Below the pieces are notes generated by a model, which made no database searches, was not told the origin of the DNA, and saw only the letters and a program-made list of their open reading frames with translations. This document shows positions 39,698 to 51,021 of a stretch of 64,000 nucleotides of DNA, in pieces. The translations under genes were made by a program, and so were the position numbers. The number at the start of each line of letters is the position of its first letter. Position 1 is the first letter of the stretch. The DNA is from Eledone cirrhosa (lineage: Eukaryota), in the NCBI GenBank assembly GCA_964016885.1, contig OZ024742.1, positions 352,780,001 through 352,844,000 of the forward strand, in the 5' to 3' direction.

Positions 39698-41661
39698 AAT
39701 ACAGTGGTTAACGAATTAATATATGCATATATTTACGCGCACACACACACACATACACACACAAACACACACACATATATATAACCCAAAAATAACACTG
39801 ATCTTACCCATGATGAAATTGAAATAATAATAGCGGCTAGAAGGACTATCATAAAATTTGAAAATAACTACTGGGTAAGAAAGGATAGAATAAATAGCTT
39901 AGATATAACAATGGGATAAAATGATTCTGCGCAAATCACAGATATCGTGGGGCTATTCATAGCACACAACCTACATAAGGAATTCAGTAACCTCCAAGGA
40001 GGAATTTATAGGGACGACACGTTACTTATAGCTAGGAACCTAAACAACCAGAGCATGGAAAGACTAAGGAAAAATATTAGAATGTTCTTAAAAAAACTAG
40101 GCCTAAGAATTACCTACGAACTAAACCATAAGAAGGTAAATTTTCTAGATGTAACTCTAAATCTAAATACTGGATTAATAGAACCTTTCCACAAAAATAA
40201 TGAAAATCTTGCCTACATTAGTTACAACTCAAATCACCCCAAATCCAAAATTAAATTCATAGCACGTAGTATATCCCTCCGATAATCCCGCTTATCCTCA
40301 AACCTAGAAATCTTTAACGTGCATGCTGACTATTATAATGCAGCATTAAGTAGGGCCGGTCATAAAGATAAACTACAGTATATAGTGAATAAGGACAACA
40401 TAAACAATCCTAGTAATTACTACTCCAACCGCTCACATAATAATAGGAATAGCTTGACTAGACATAGGGTTAGACATGTAACACCTGGAGTAAACGGCCA
40501 AAACACTAATAACGTAAACCCAAGAAACAATAGAAGAAACAGACAAAGAAAATACCTATGGTTCAACCCAATATTCAACTCCTCTATAAAAACTAGACTG
40601 CCCTCTACATTCTTTAAACTAATAGATAAACACTTCCCTATCTCGCATAGATATCACAAAATACTCAATAGATCTACTATAAAACTCTCATTCTCAACAG
40701 CAGCTAACATAGAATCACACATACGCAAGATCAACCACAATAATATCTCTAGTAAATCAATTGCACCTATACATAAGCACAAACTCATCACAACATCACA
40801 ACCACAAGCGCATACAAACGCGCAGCAGCAAAACCCCATTGGGCATATATCACAACCCACATATAACAGAGTACTAAACAGGAATGTAAAAGCTGCACAA
40901 AATAGCGCCTCAAACTGTAACTGTCACCTCCCAGATAGGTGCCCATTGGCGAACAGATGTCTCGATTCGAGCCTGGTGTACATGTGCACAGTCAACTCGG
41001 TTAACTCCACCTGGAATTACATAGGATCCACCGCGGGTTCTTTTAAGAAAAGATGGTATATGCACAGGCACTCAATGAAAATCCGTGCACTTATGGGTTC
41101 CACCACCCTCGCCAGAAAAATATGGGAATTGAAGGACAGCAACACTAACTACAGTATCAACTGGTCGAAGTTGTCGACTGCTAAAACCTATAGTACAAGT
41201 ATGTCCTATTGCCAGCTATGTGATCTTGAGCTGTTGTATATCCTTAGAAATGTTAAAAGGCTACTTAACAATTAGTTAGAAAGATCTATCTTCTGCAGAC
41301 ATAGAATAGCCACTAAATTCATAAGATTCAAACCTCCGTGAATCGAACCAACATAACATAGTTTTAAATTAGGATACCTACTACCCACAGAAATATATTC
41401 ATTAAGTATACTATATCCTTCACAAGTCTATACCACACAATTGTCTGTAAGTACCTCATCTACCAACAATCTTACTCCTTCTCAGCTGCTACCATCATTT
41501 GATCCTAAATCCTAGTTTTTCTCATTTTACTACTACAATGTTACTTTACCTTCTGTTTGCCATAATTACAATTAGCACGCTTTTCTCTTTGCATGTATGT
41601 ATATTTTTGTACGAGTGTATATTAATGTGTATGTATGTGTTTATGTACACATGCATGTGTA

Positions 41662-41714
<53 letters not shown>

Positions 41715-41775
41715 ATGTGCGTGTGTGTGTGTGCGTAAATATATGCGTATATTAATTCGTTAACCTCTGTATTAA
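39698..41775 (+). mobile_element. Penelope-like element (RT C-half + CxC linker + GIY-YIG), 5'-truncated, with short inverted end
   Basis: GIYRDD, KVNFLDVTLNL, SNHP, YLWFNPIF, LIDKHFP, CNCHLPDRCPLANRCL, LVY..YIGST..FKKRWYMH, CQLCDLE; 39698-39780 is the reverse complement of 41690-41772. Confidence 0.92.
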
Positions 41776-42234
41776 CTCTACAACTATTGAGCTTTGACAG
41801 TGGTCCCACTCATGTATACTGTTATGTATACTGTTGAAGATGAAGAGAAAGACTGTAAAAACTAGCTTATCTTTATAATTTAAAATTGATATACACTACG
41901 ATACTATTTGCCTTATGACAGCTAGTTTTACACGCCGTAACATTAGATACATTATATACCCCCCACCTAAGTAATGTCAGGGTCTCCTTAAATAATTTAT
42001 TGATAGCATTGTTGTAATTGTTGTTATTGTTGTTATTGTTCTAATTGAATGCCATTACTACTTCATATAGTAGACTGTATTTTCTTTTCTTTTCTTGCCT
42101 GTGTATTTTCTTCATTCTCGCATGCTCCGAAGATCTGACTGGTTATAATTCTGTATTGGCGATCGAGTAACGCAAAATTAAGCGGATAGCGATCTCTAGA
42201 CATACCAGTTCAGTGAAACAAATGTAAGCTATGT

Positions 42235-42455
42235 GATTAAAAACTTTTTTTGTATAGCAAACCATGTAAACCTTCTTTCCTGATTTATTATTACTCCAAG
42301 GGTTTACAACATAGGAATTACGGCATACCCGCAGCATCACTATGAAAACGCCTTGTTGAGTCAAACCAGGCCAAGCGTTAATATCATCCACTACCTGGAA
42401 TACCATAACTGGGCTTCACCTACGTGGACTGCATTTAACTATTATTTGTTAATCC

Positions 42456-42460
<5 letters not shown>
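42235..42460. repeat. Diverged ~225-bp direct repeat of 39070-39295
   Basis: ttctttcctgatttattattactccaag.gtttacaacataggaattac...gccttgttgagtcaaac occurs in both. Confidence 0.85.
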
Positions 42461-42522
<62 letters not shown>

Positions 42523-42940
42523 TAGGTAAATATACACGGGTGTGTATGATTGTGTATAGAAGATTATATTAATAAGAGGAATTCCAACTTTGTCTGATTT
42601 ACTCGTTTTATCTACAATCCTTTAAATAGTATGATAGAATATTAAATGTTAAGTGTTAATTGAACAAGTACTTTCATGCTTTCGCAATTTTCAGGTTCAT
42701 AATGTGTGGTGACAGTCAAGTTTGCAATTTTTAACTGTGAAAATTGCGAAAGCATGAAAGATTGCGAAAGCATGAAAGTACTTGTTCAATTAACACTTAA
42801 CATTTAATATTCTATCATACTATTTCATTATAATACCATTATAAATTTTAAAGGATTGTAAATAAAACGAGTAAATCAGACAAAGTTGGAATTCCTCTTA
42901 TTAATATAATCTTCTATATACAATCATACACACCCGTGTA

Positions 42941-43004
<64 letters not shown>

Positions 43005-43010
43005 ATATAA

Positions 43011-43085
<75 letters not shown>

Positions 43086-43354
43086 TAAATATACACGGGT
43101 GTGTATGATTGTGTATAGGAGATTATATTAATAAGAGGAATTCCAACTTTGTCTGATTTACTCGTTTTATTTACAATCCTTTAAAATTTATAATGGTATT
43201 ATAATGAAATAGTATGAAAGAATATTAAATTCTAAGTGTTAATTGAACAAGTACTTTCATGCTTTCGCAAGCTTCAGGTTCATAATATGTGGTGACAGTC
43301 AAGTTTGCAATTTTATACATATATACCTAGAGAAAGAGAGAGATATGAATAGAT

Positions 43355-43403
<49 letters not shown>

Positions 43404-43671
43404 TTTATATAATATATATATATATATGTGTGTGTGAGTGATTGTGTGTGTGTGTATACTCATATACATCCATTACATGCATTTGTATTCTTTAAAATCC
43501 CACGCTTAAATAACAAAGTCGACACAAAGGATCACGATTTCGGGTCACGCAACAAGACATATCTCATATTATAAACCATTTAGTCAGATGAATCACCAAT
43601 TCTGTCCGTTCATTTCCATGCATAACTCCATATTAAAATAGAAGGAAACAACAGTTATTTCCATCTTACAG

Positions 43672-44061
43672 TCAGTAGAATCAATAGGGAGACGTATTGA
43701 TCCGATTTGGTGCCACTATTACTTCATCAAACTAGAAATGCCTATGGATTCATTTGGATTCTGCAACTAATCGATAATTATTCGTATTTGCTAAGATCAT
43801 TTACAATGCAAGATACGCTGCATTCAGATAAAGTAAATGAAAATCTATCGTCGACGATCTACATTCCTATATTATGATAGCACATGTTAGGAATTATAAG
43901 TAAATATACTCAGCGATTCCCACAGAAGAATTCCTACTGCTACGAAGAGAACTGATGCATAATTTTAAGTGAATCCATAACATTCTGAAAGTCTCCTGCA
44001 TATTGATTCAGACTGGGTACAATATGAGACTGAGTCTGTTTAAAATTACACATTTTCAACG
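43672..44061 (+). pseudogene. Decayed 390-bp phase-1/phase-1 Ig V-set-like exon
   Basis: Acceptor ttatttccatcttacag, donor G|gtaag, length a multiple of 3; one frame reads FIWIL..YTQRFPQKNSYCYEEN*CIILSESITF*KSPAY*FRLG..LKLHIFNG (Siglec-like V-set D-G strands) with several stops. Confidence 0.55.
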
Positions 44062-44435
44062 GTAAGACCGATGTGAAAATGACATCTAGACCTACTTTTG
44101 CTACATGATACCCATGAATCCTGTACATATTCCTATGCTGGACTTACTTTTGTTTCATATGTATTTTATGCAAATATGAGTATGTAAATATGTGTGTGTA
44201 TTTATCTGACTGTCTGCCTGTCTCTCTTTCACTCTCTCTCTCCCTCTCTCTCTCTAACTCTCTCTGTCACTGTCTCTTTTTCTTTCTCTCTGTCCCTCAC
44301 TCTCTCTTTCTCTCTCTCTCTCTCGGGAATGTAACGTCCACTTACTATAGATTCATCTACAGTAACTGTAGAGTGAGCACTCTATTAGAAGTCTCCAGTA
44401 AGCATAGAGATGGAGATCTAAGCAGAGTGTAGGAT

Positions 44436-44610
44436 TAATTGTTTCTACATTTGACACACGGCCAGCAATTATACAGTGCATTACTGGTACTTTATTTTAT
44501 CGACCACGTAAGGATGAAAGGCAAAGTCAACCTCGGCGGGACTTGAACTCAGAGCGTTAAGGGACGTAACTATGCTGGAAAGCATGGCGTCCGACCCTCT
44601 ACCGATACTG
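44436..44610 (-). mobile_element. SINE (5'-clipped) flanked by agagtgta direct repeats
   Basis: Consensus match; agagtgta at 44424-44431 and 44611-44618. Confidence 0.9.
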
Positions 44611-44615
44611 AGAGT

Positions 44616-44667
<52 letters not shown>

Positions 44668-44914
44668 TTTCTTTATTAACCACAAGGGTTTACATAAAGT
44701 AGACATTAAGGACAGTGCAGGACAATGCAGGACGGTACAAATGGGCATTTCTGCGTGTAAAAAACAAAAACAGAGGATGTAACAAAAATAACAATGAAAA
44801 ATTCCCCAATAGGGGGGAGACTTCGGAGGGACATTTGTGGAGAAAGCCCAGTAAAAAGCCACAATGACCCTGACCACCAAGGCAAGTGCCCTCTCCCAGT
44901 TTTCCACCTTTAAT

Positions 44915-47900
44915 TTACAGATATATGCTCAGAGTAGTCCCATTCACTCGGGCCATTCTTGCTTCTCTCACCCATCTTTCAACAAAATGCTGGGAAGAGA
45001 GCACTTCCCTCTCTACTCTGATTTTCCTTTTCAAATGAAATTTGAAAAAGTCAATCAGAGCATCACCGAAGAGGTAAGTGCTCGTCTTCAGCCCTTTCAA
45101 ACGTGTCCACCATACTATCTCTTTCGCCATGGCCACCAGGCAGATAAAATCTGCCTGCCCTTCCCGGCTAAAGGAGGAGGACGGGGCAATCCTCACGATG
45201 GACTCAGATGATAGCCGGATCCGTCCTAAACGCGACAGCAGGTGTTCGACATTAACCCACAAGTCAGCAATTTTCGGACGCTGGACGAGTACGTGCAGGA
45301 CGATTCTCAGACATGCCCGGCTGACGGCACCTCCATGCCTGTAGAGTTTATCCCGAACTGGCAAGGCTCCTCGGTAGCACTGCCAGGCCAGAGATTTCTA
45401 GAAGTTGTCCATAGGCCCTGGCCCGAAAGTTCTTCCGAAGAGATTGGCTAGTTGATTTTCGTCGACGCCTAGAGTTTCCCCAAGTACGTCATCGCTCTTC
45501 CCCTCCACTAATCCTCTATAGAACGCCGAGGTGGAGTTTCCACCGATCACATTGCCTGATTGGTCGAGGGCTGTGAGCGCCTGAAGACATTCCAGTCTCC
45601 AGGCGCTCCCTCTCGGTCTTCGCTTGACCCAGGACTGCAGCTCCGTCAAAGAAACGAGCTGGGGAAACACGCGTCTAGCAAACGGCGACCACACCTGATC
45701 ACCGTCGAGGAAGAGGTGGAGATGTCGTAGCCTGAGCGCGTGCCTGCGCATCATCAGCCACGGCATGCCCAGCCCTCCACGTAGCGGGTGTTGACAACAG
45801 ATGGACCGCCTGACCATCGGAGCGCGTCCTTTCCACAAAAAGCGAAAGAGCAAACGCTCCAGCACAGTCAGGCGAGGCTTAGGACAAGGTACGACGGTCA
45901 GGCGGTAGCAGATGACGGACGCGATGTACGCGTTAGCCACCTCCGCTCGACCTTTCAGGGATAGCTTCCTCTCGGCCCATTTCTGGGTGAGAGAAGCCAC
46001 CCTGCTCGTCACCTCGTCCCAGTTTTTGTCCGTCTGGAGGTCCGGACCGAACCAGACCCCTAGCAATTTAACCGGTCCGTCCGTCCAGCGTCCGACGACG
46101 CTGTTGGACGGCATGGACCTGCCTCTCCAGGTGCCGAGCTGCAGGCCCACTGACTTTTCCTGGTTGATCATTGCTCCTGTCACCGCTTCGTATTCTCTTA
46201 GTGTAGTGCCGATCGCCTCGATGTGTTTGGCGTTCGACACCACTACGGTGACATCGTCCGCATATGCTGATACGGATCTTCCGCATCCTAGTTCGCGCGG
46301 TACCCCCCTCAACGTCTCCAGTTTGTGCAGTAATGGCTCGAGAGTCAATACGTACAAGAGGGACGAGAGGGGACATCCTTGGCGGACCGAGCGCATGATG
46401 TTGAACGGTTCCGACAGGTGACCGTTCACTCTCACCACAGAGCAGATGTCGCTGTGCATGGCAGCGATCCAGCCTCTGAAGACGGGCCCAAAGCCAGCCG
46501 CCCTCAGGACTGCCGCTAGGTAACGATGGTCGACCCTATCGAAAGCTTTCGACTGATCTAAATTGATCAAGGACCTACCCGTGCCAGGTTCCCTAGCTAC
46601 CCTCTCTACGATGTATCGCATGAGGTGGAGGTTGTCGTGGATGGATCTGTCGGGAATGGTGCATGTCTGCGCCTCTCCCACCAGACCACCAACGACAAGC
46701 GCCAACCTCTTTGCTAGCACCTTGGCCAAAATCTTAAACTCTGTGTTTAGTAGAGTTATGGGCCGGAAATTTTCTATGTTATCCCCCTTGTTCGGATCCT
46801 TTCTCAGCAGTGCCACCGCTCCTCGGCTCACAGAACTGGGAATTCTCCCGTTCTGTTGCCAGTTGCAGTAGACGTCCGCCAAGAGGCCTCCGAACAAGTC
46901 TGGCATCTGTACGTAAAGTTCATAGCGCAGACCATCCAAACCAGGCGATTTACCCCTTGTGCAGCCAGTCATTGCCTCCCTTACTTCAGCGGCTGTTATC
47001 GGCTTTTCGCAACACTTCGCCTCAGTGGCCGAGAGCCGCGGCAGTCCGTCGAGGTAGACACTAAAGTCCATCCCTCTACCCGGCCAACCGCTGCCCCCGA
47101 ACAACTGAGCGAAGTGTCGCTGAAAAGCTTCACACATTTGCCCGGGATCGAGTAGCATGCGCCCGTCGTGGTCCACGAAAGACCGGATCGTGGCTTTGTT
47201 GCCACGACGCGCCTCCGCCACTCGGGCCCATTGAACGGCTTTCGTCCCCTCGTGTCTGAGAGCACGCACCCTAGCTCTGACAACGCAGCCTTCGTGCTTT
47301 GCATTGAAGAATTGGTCAAGTGCCAATTTCGCCGCAAGTACGTCGGTCGCAATGCCTTTGCTAAGCGCCTCGTCAAATTTTCTAACTAGTTCTCCCTCTG
47401 CTCTATTTTTCTCTATTGCTAAAGCCTTACTAAACCTAATCGATTCTATTCTAATCGCTCTTTTCAGAGCAAACCACCACTTGTTGTTGACGATGGCCCC
47501 CGTCAACGCCCGCTTAACTAGTTCGCTAATCCGGTCTCTGTAGGCCTTGCGCGCTGGTAAGGACGCGTTTAGCTTCCAGTAGTCGGGTACTCGTCTATGA
47601 AGCCTATCTAAGTCAAGCACAAAGGTCACGAATTTGTGGTCCGTGTAGCTGACTATCTTGAATTGTGGACAGCCTATGCTAGACCTATCTATTTCCCAAC
47701 AAAATACTCTATCTAGATATGATCTGGATGACCCTATGCGGTTTGTCCAAGTCCACATTGGCACATTCGGGAAATACAATCGGTACCTGTCAGACAGTTC
47801 AAAACGCCTGAGCAGGTTGGTGAGGCTCTTGCACTCTCCACCTCTATCCGCTAATCCCACACAGTCCCAGCGTGCATCTAAGATCCCGTTCCAGTCGCCC

Positions 47901-48315
47901 ACTAACACGAAAGAGCGGGACGTTCCAAGAAAGGTCTCCAGACGCCGGAAGAAATCAGGCCGCCCTGCCCCTGTCGGGGCATAGACGGCCACTAGCCTGA
48001 AAGCTTGCCCGTCTCCGCTGGTCACGTCCAGCACCACCAGCTTACCCTCTGGGTCCAGGAAGATGGCCCGTATGGAGAGATCCAAACCTCTCCGAAAAAG
48101 CACAGCAACTCCCCCACCCGATCCAGGACGGCTGGGAGTTGCGTACACACGTAGCCGCCGAAGATCGGTGCGAAGGCCCGTGCTTCGGAGATTCTGGTCT
48201 CGCTGATGGCCACAACATCTATGTTTAGTGACGTGAGGTCGTTGAGCAGGTGACCCTGCTTCCATGACGACCCCAAGCCACGCGCATTTATGCTGCCTAT
48301 TCTGAGTGAGGTCAT
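44915..48315 (-). pseudogene. Tx1 copy A ORF2 (APE-RT-CCHC), disrupted
   Basis: Starts MTSLRIGSINARGL at 48315; frameshift near 48150; TAG at 45398 (CAG in copy B); ~18-bp deletion in the CPRC zinc finger relative to copy B. Confidence 0.9.
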
Positions 48316-48350
48316 GTTTAAAATAGAGTGGAAAAGATGGGAAAGACCAC

Positions 48351-50444
48351 TTACCGTACTTTTGGTAGAGGAGGGATGGTTTTTACATCCCTTTTCACTT
48401 GATCGTCTGGTGAAGGGACCGTTGAATCGTCCCTTCGGCTGGTCGTCGGCTCTTCTAAGAGAATGTCTGAGTATACTCTTCGATTGATGGTTCCTCCTAG
48501 GTCCCTGAAATCACCAACTGCGTTGGGGAATTTCGTTTTAATGTTTGTGTATTGTTTCTGTGCTATTTTTAGCAGTCTTATGTTAGTTGGCGTTTTGATT
48601 GGTGCTGGTATTATGTAGTCGTGTTGTGAAATGTCTGTGTGTTCAATTATGTAAGTCATTAGTTTCTTGTTGTGTGTATTTATTGCCGTGCATTTGTTTT
48701 TCTGGGGGTGGGGTGTGGTTCTACTATTTTCTTGTCGTTGTTGCTGGGTGTGTGTTTTGTTGTTGTGTTTGCGATGTTGGTTCTTGTGGTGGTGGTGTTA
48801 AAGGTGTTGTTGGCGGTGGGGTTGTCGCCGGTGGTGATGGTGGTGCTAGTGTGGGTGGTGATGGTGTTGGTGTTGTTGCTGCTGTGGGTCTCTTTGCAGT
48901 AGACTTTACCCTTTTCTCATTTCTTTCCTCCCTTTTCAAAGGCGACGATGCGCTGCTTCTGCGTTTGTGCCTTCTTACGACCTTTTGCCATCCCTCTCCC
49001 ACCTCACACTCCATGTCTGATTCTGTGAGGTCGGAGAGGGGTACCAGCTCCACTCTTTCACTTGTTGTTGTTGGTGATGTTTGCACTGGAGTCTCTGTTG
49101 CAGCTGCATTTGGTATTGCTGTTGTTGTTGTTAATATTTCCACTGCTGCTGCTGTTTTTGATTTCCGTGGAGTGGGTATGGGTGCCACGGACCTATCGTT
49201 CCTGGTTGCCGCTTGTCCTGTTGCTGGTAGCCGTGGAGCCGGATTCGGAAGGAGGGGGGTTTTCTCCTTTCTCAGGGTCTTCTCGTTGCAGAAGGCCGTG
49301 AGGTGAGTCTTCGATCCACAGCCAAAGCATTTCGGGCGTTTGCCCTCAACACTTATGGGCAGTTGAGTGCCGTTATCGAAGTCTATCACATCCGGGATAG
49401 CTTCGATGCACTCCTGGTTGGTTTGGATTAGCATCTCAATGGAGGAGCCGACCCAATCTTCTCTTACTTTTTTCTGTACTTGCAGTACAGTTGTTTTGTC
49501 CTCGATTCCGACGAGGACAGACGCCCCCAGCCAAGAAGGGGTCATTCCGGGGGGGACGTGGGTCAGTTTGACCCTCACAATTTTTTGCCCGCAGTAGGAG
49601 GGCACCAACACCATTTCCTCGCTCCTTAGGGTCACTAATGATTGGGCCTTTGCCTCCTGGGGTGTGGCAAAAAGTACGTCTACGGTGGCATATTTTTTGC
49701 CTCGGGTGATGTGCGTTTTCCGCTGCCACACAGACCCCAAGGCTTTTTGTATTTGGGCCTCTGTGGCTCTTTCCACCCTACGGGATTTTGTACTTATTGT
49801 ACGTTACGTGACCGTACAGTGCTCTTGGGTTTCGAAAAATTTTCCGCTGCCTTGCAGATTGCTCGGTGTCCTTTCTTTGTCACCATCTTCTTCGCTTCCT
49901 CTAATTCCTCGTTTGTTATGAGGATTGTTTCCAAGTTTTTCGCAATACCTGCAAATGAGATTGGTTTTTCTCTGCTGTTGTTGTTGTCGTCAGAGCTGCT
50001 GGTACTTTTGTTGTTGCTGCAGGTACTACGACTACTGCCTCCGCCGCTGTTGCTGTGGTTGTTGTTGGTGTTGCTGCTGCTAATGCTGTTGTTGTTTATG
50101 CTGCTGGTGAAGCTGTTGCGACTGCTACTGTTGTTTTCATTGTCACTGTTGCTGTTGTTATTACGGCTGCTACTGCTATTATTCCTGACGTCAGACGAAT
50201 GAACTGGGTTTTCGTATTTCCCGCACACCTGTTTCGTCGCTGTCGTCGTCGTCGTGGAGAAACCTTGCACGCTTTGCACGAGACTTTTCTTTTCTTTCGT
50301 CACTTGCGAAAGAGAAGGGAGGGAGAGAGACACATTTAAAGAAGGGAGGGAGAAAGACAATCTTCTCTCTGCTGTAGTGATGATTGAGGAAGAAGAAGAC
50401 GGAATGAGTGGGAGTGACGTATGAAATTTCTTTTTCGTAGCCAT
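48351..50444 (-). pseudogene. Tx1 copy A ORF1 (gag-like zinc knuckle), frameshifted
   Basis: Track ORFs 49794..50480, 48724..49776 and 48351..48659 are consecutive; the same pieces are conserved in copy B. Confidence 0.8.
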
Positions 50445-50681
50445 GTTGTTTTTTTGTTTAAAATGAAATGTTGGGTACAAAACCCCAATAACTGGTTATT
50501 TAACCCCGAAGGGCCAAATAACGGACAGAACGACCTCTCTCACGAGGAGGAGGGTGTCTTTATCAACAATTTGGTTCAAGTTTTAAACAATTTACAATTG
50601 TTTTAACGGTTAAAAATTACTATACCTTACAGAGCCGAGCCTCCGTCAACCATGGCATTCAATAATAATAATAATAATAAG

Positions 50682-51021
50682 AAGAGAAGGAGAGGGAGAA
50701 AATTAACCGATACCAGGACTTAAAGTGGGAGGTAAAAAGGATTTGGAACTGCCATGAAGTCAAAGTGATCCCGATTGTCATAGGCGCACTGGGGAATATC
50801 TCCAAAAGTTTCCAGGGATGGTTAAAGAAAATCGGCCCCTTCACGCTTTTTGGAACGCTTCAAAAGGCATGCTTGCTGGGAACAGCAAGAACCCTCCGAT
50901 ACGTCCTGACTATCTGAGGCTACAGGTAGTGGCTTGATATTCATTCCAACGGACTTTCCAGTTAACTAACATCAATGACTGAGATTCAAGGAATAATAAC
51001 GATAATAATAATAATAATAAT
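50682..51021 (+). mobile_element. R4/Dong 3' fragment (same family as 29.9-34.8 kb) between Tx1 copies
   Basis: NRYQDLKWEVKRIWNCHEVKVIPIVIGALG..LQKACLLGTARTLRYVL* plus 3' UTR and TAA tail. Confidence 0.92.

Larger units (their letters stand above)
44618..50660 (-). mobile_element. Tx1-like (L1 clade) retrotransposon, full length, copy A
   Basis: 5' end gaatgccatggttgacggaggctcgg; ORF1 with N/S-rich tract and zinc knuckle CFGCGSKTHLTAFC; ORF2 APE (SINARGL, VAISET, LVGDWN, YLDR, TDH) + RT (KSPGLDG, FRPITLLN, DQSKAFD, QGCPLS, YADD); (ATT)n tail. Confidence 0.93.

Noticed and set aside
39947-41340. Selenoprotein-coding Naiad-type PLE
   Set aside because: The endonuclease is C-terminal, and the interrupting stops are TAA/TAG rather than UGA at Cys positions
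45398-48265. 955-aa ORF as an intact active ORF2
   Set aside because: Its first ~40 aa are out of frame relative to the true start at 48315, and it ends at a premature TAG before a partly deleted zinc finger
50520-50560. HDV-like ribozyme in the Tx1 5' UTR (ctcctcctcgtgag)
   Set aside because: An L3-like motif is present but no matching P1/P2 pairing in the required order was found
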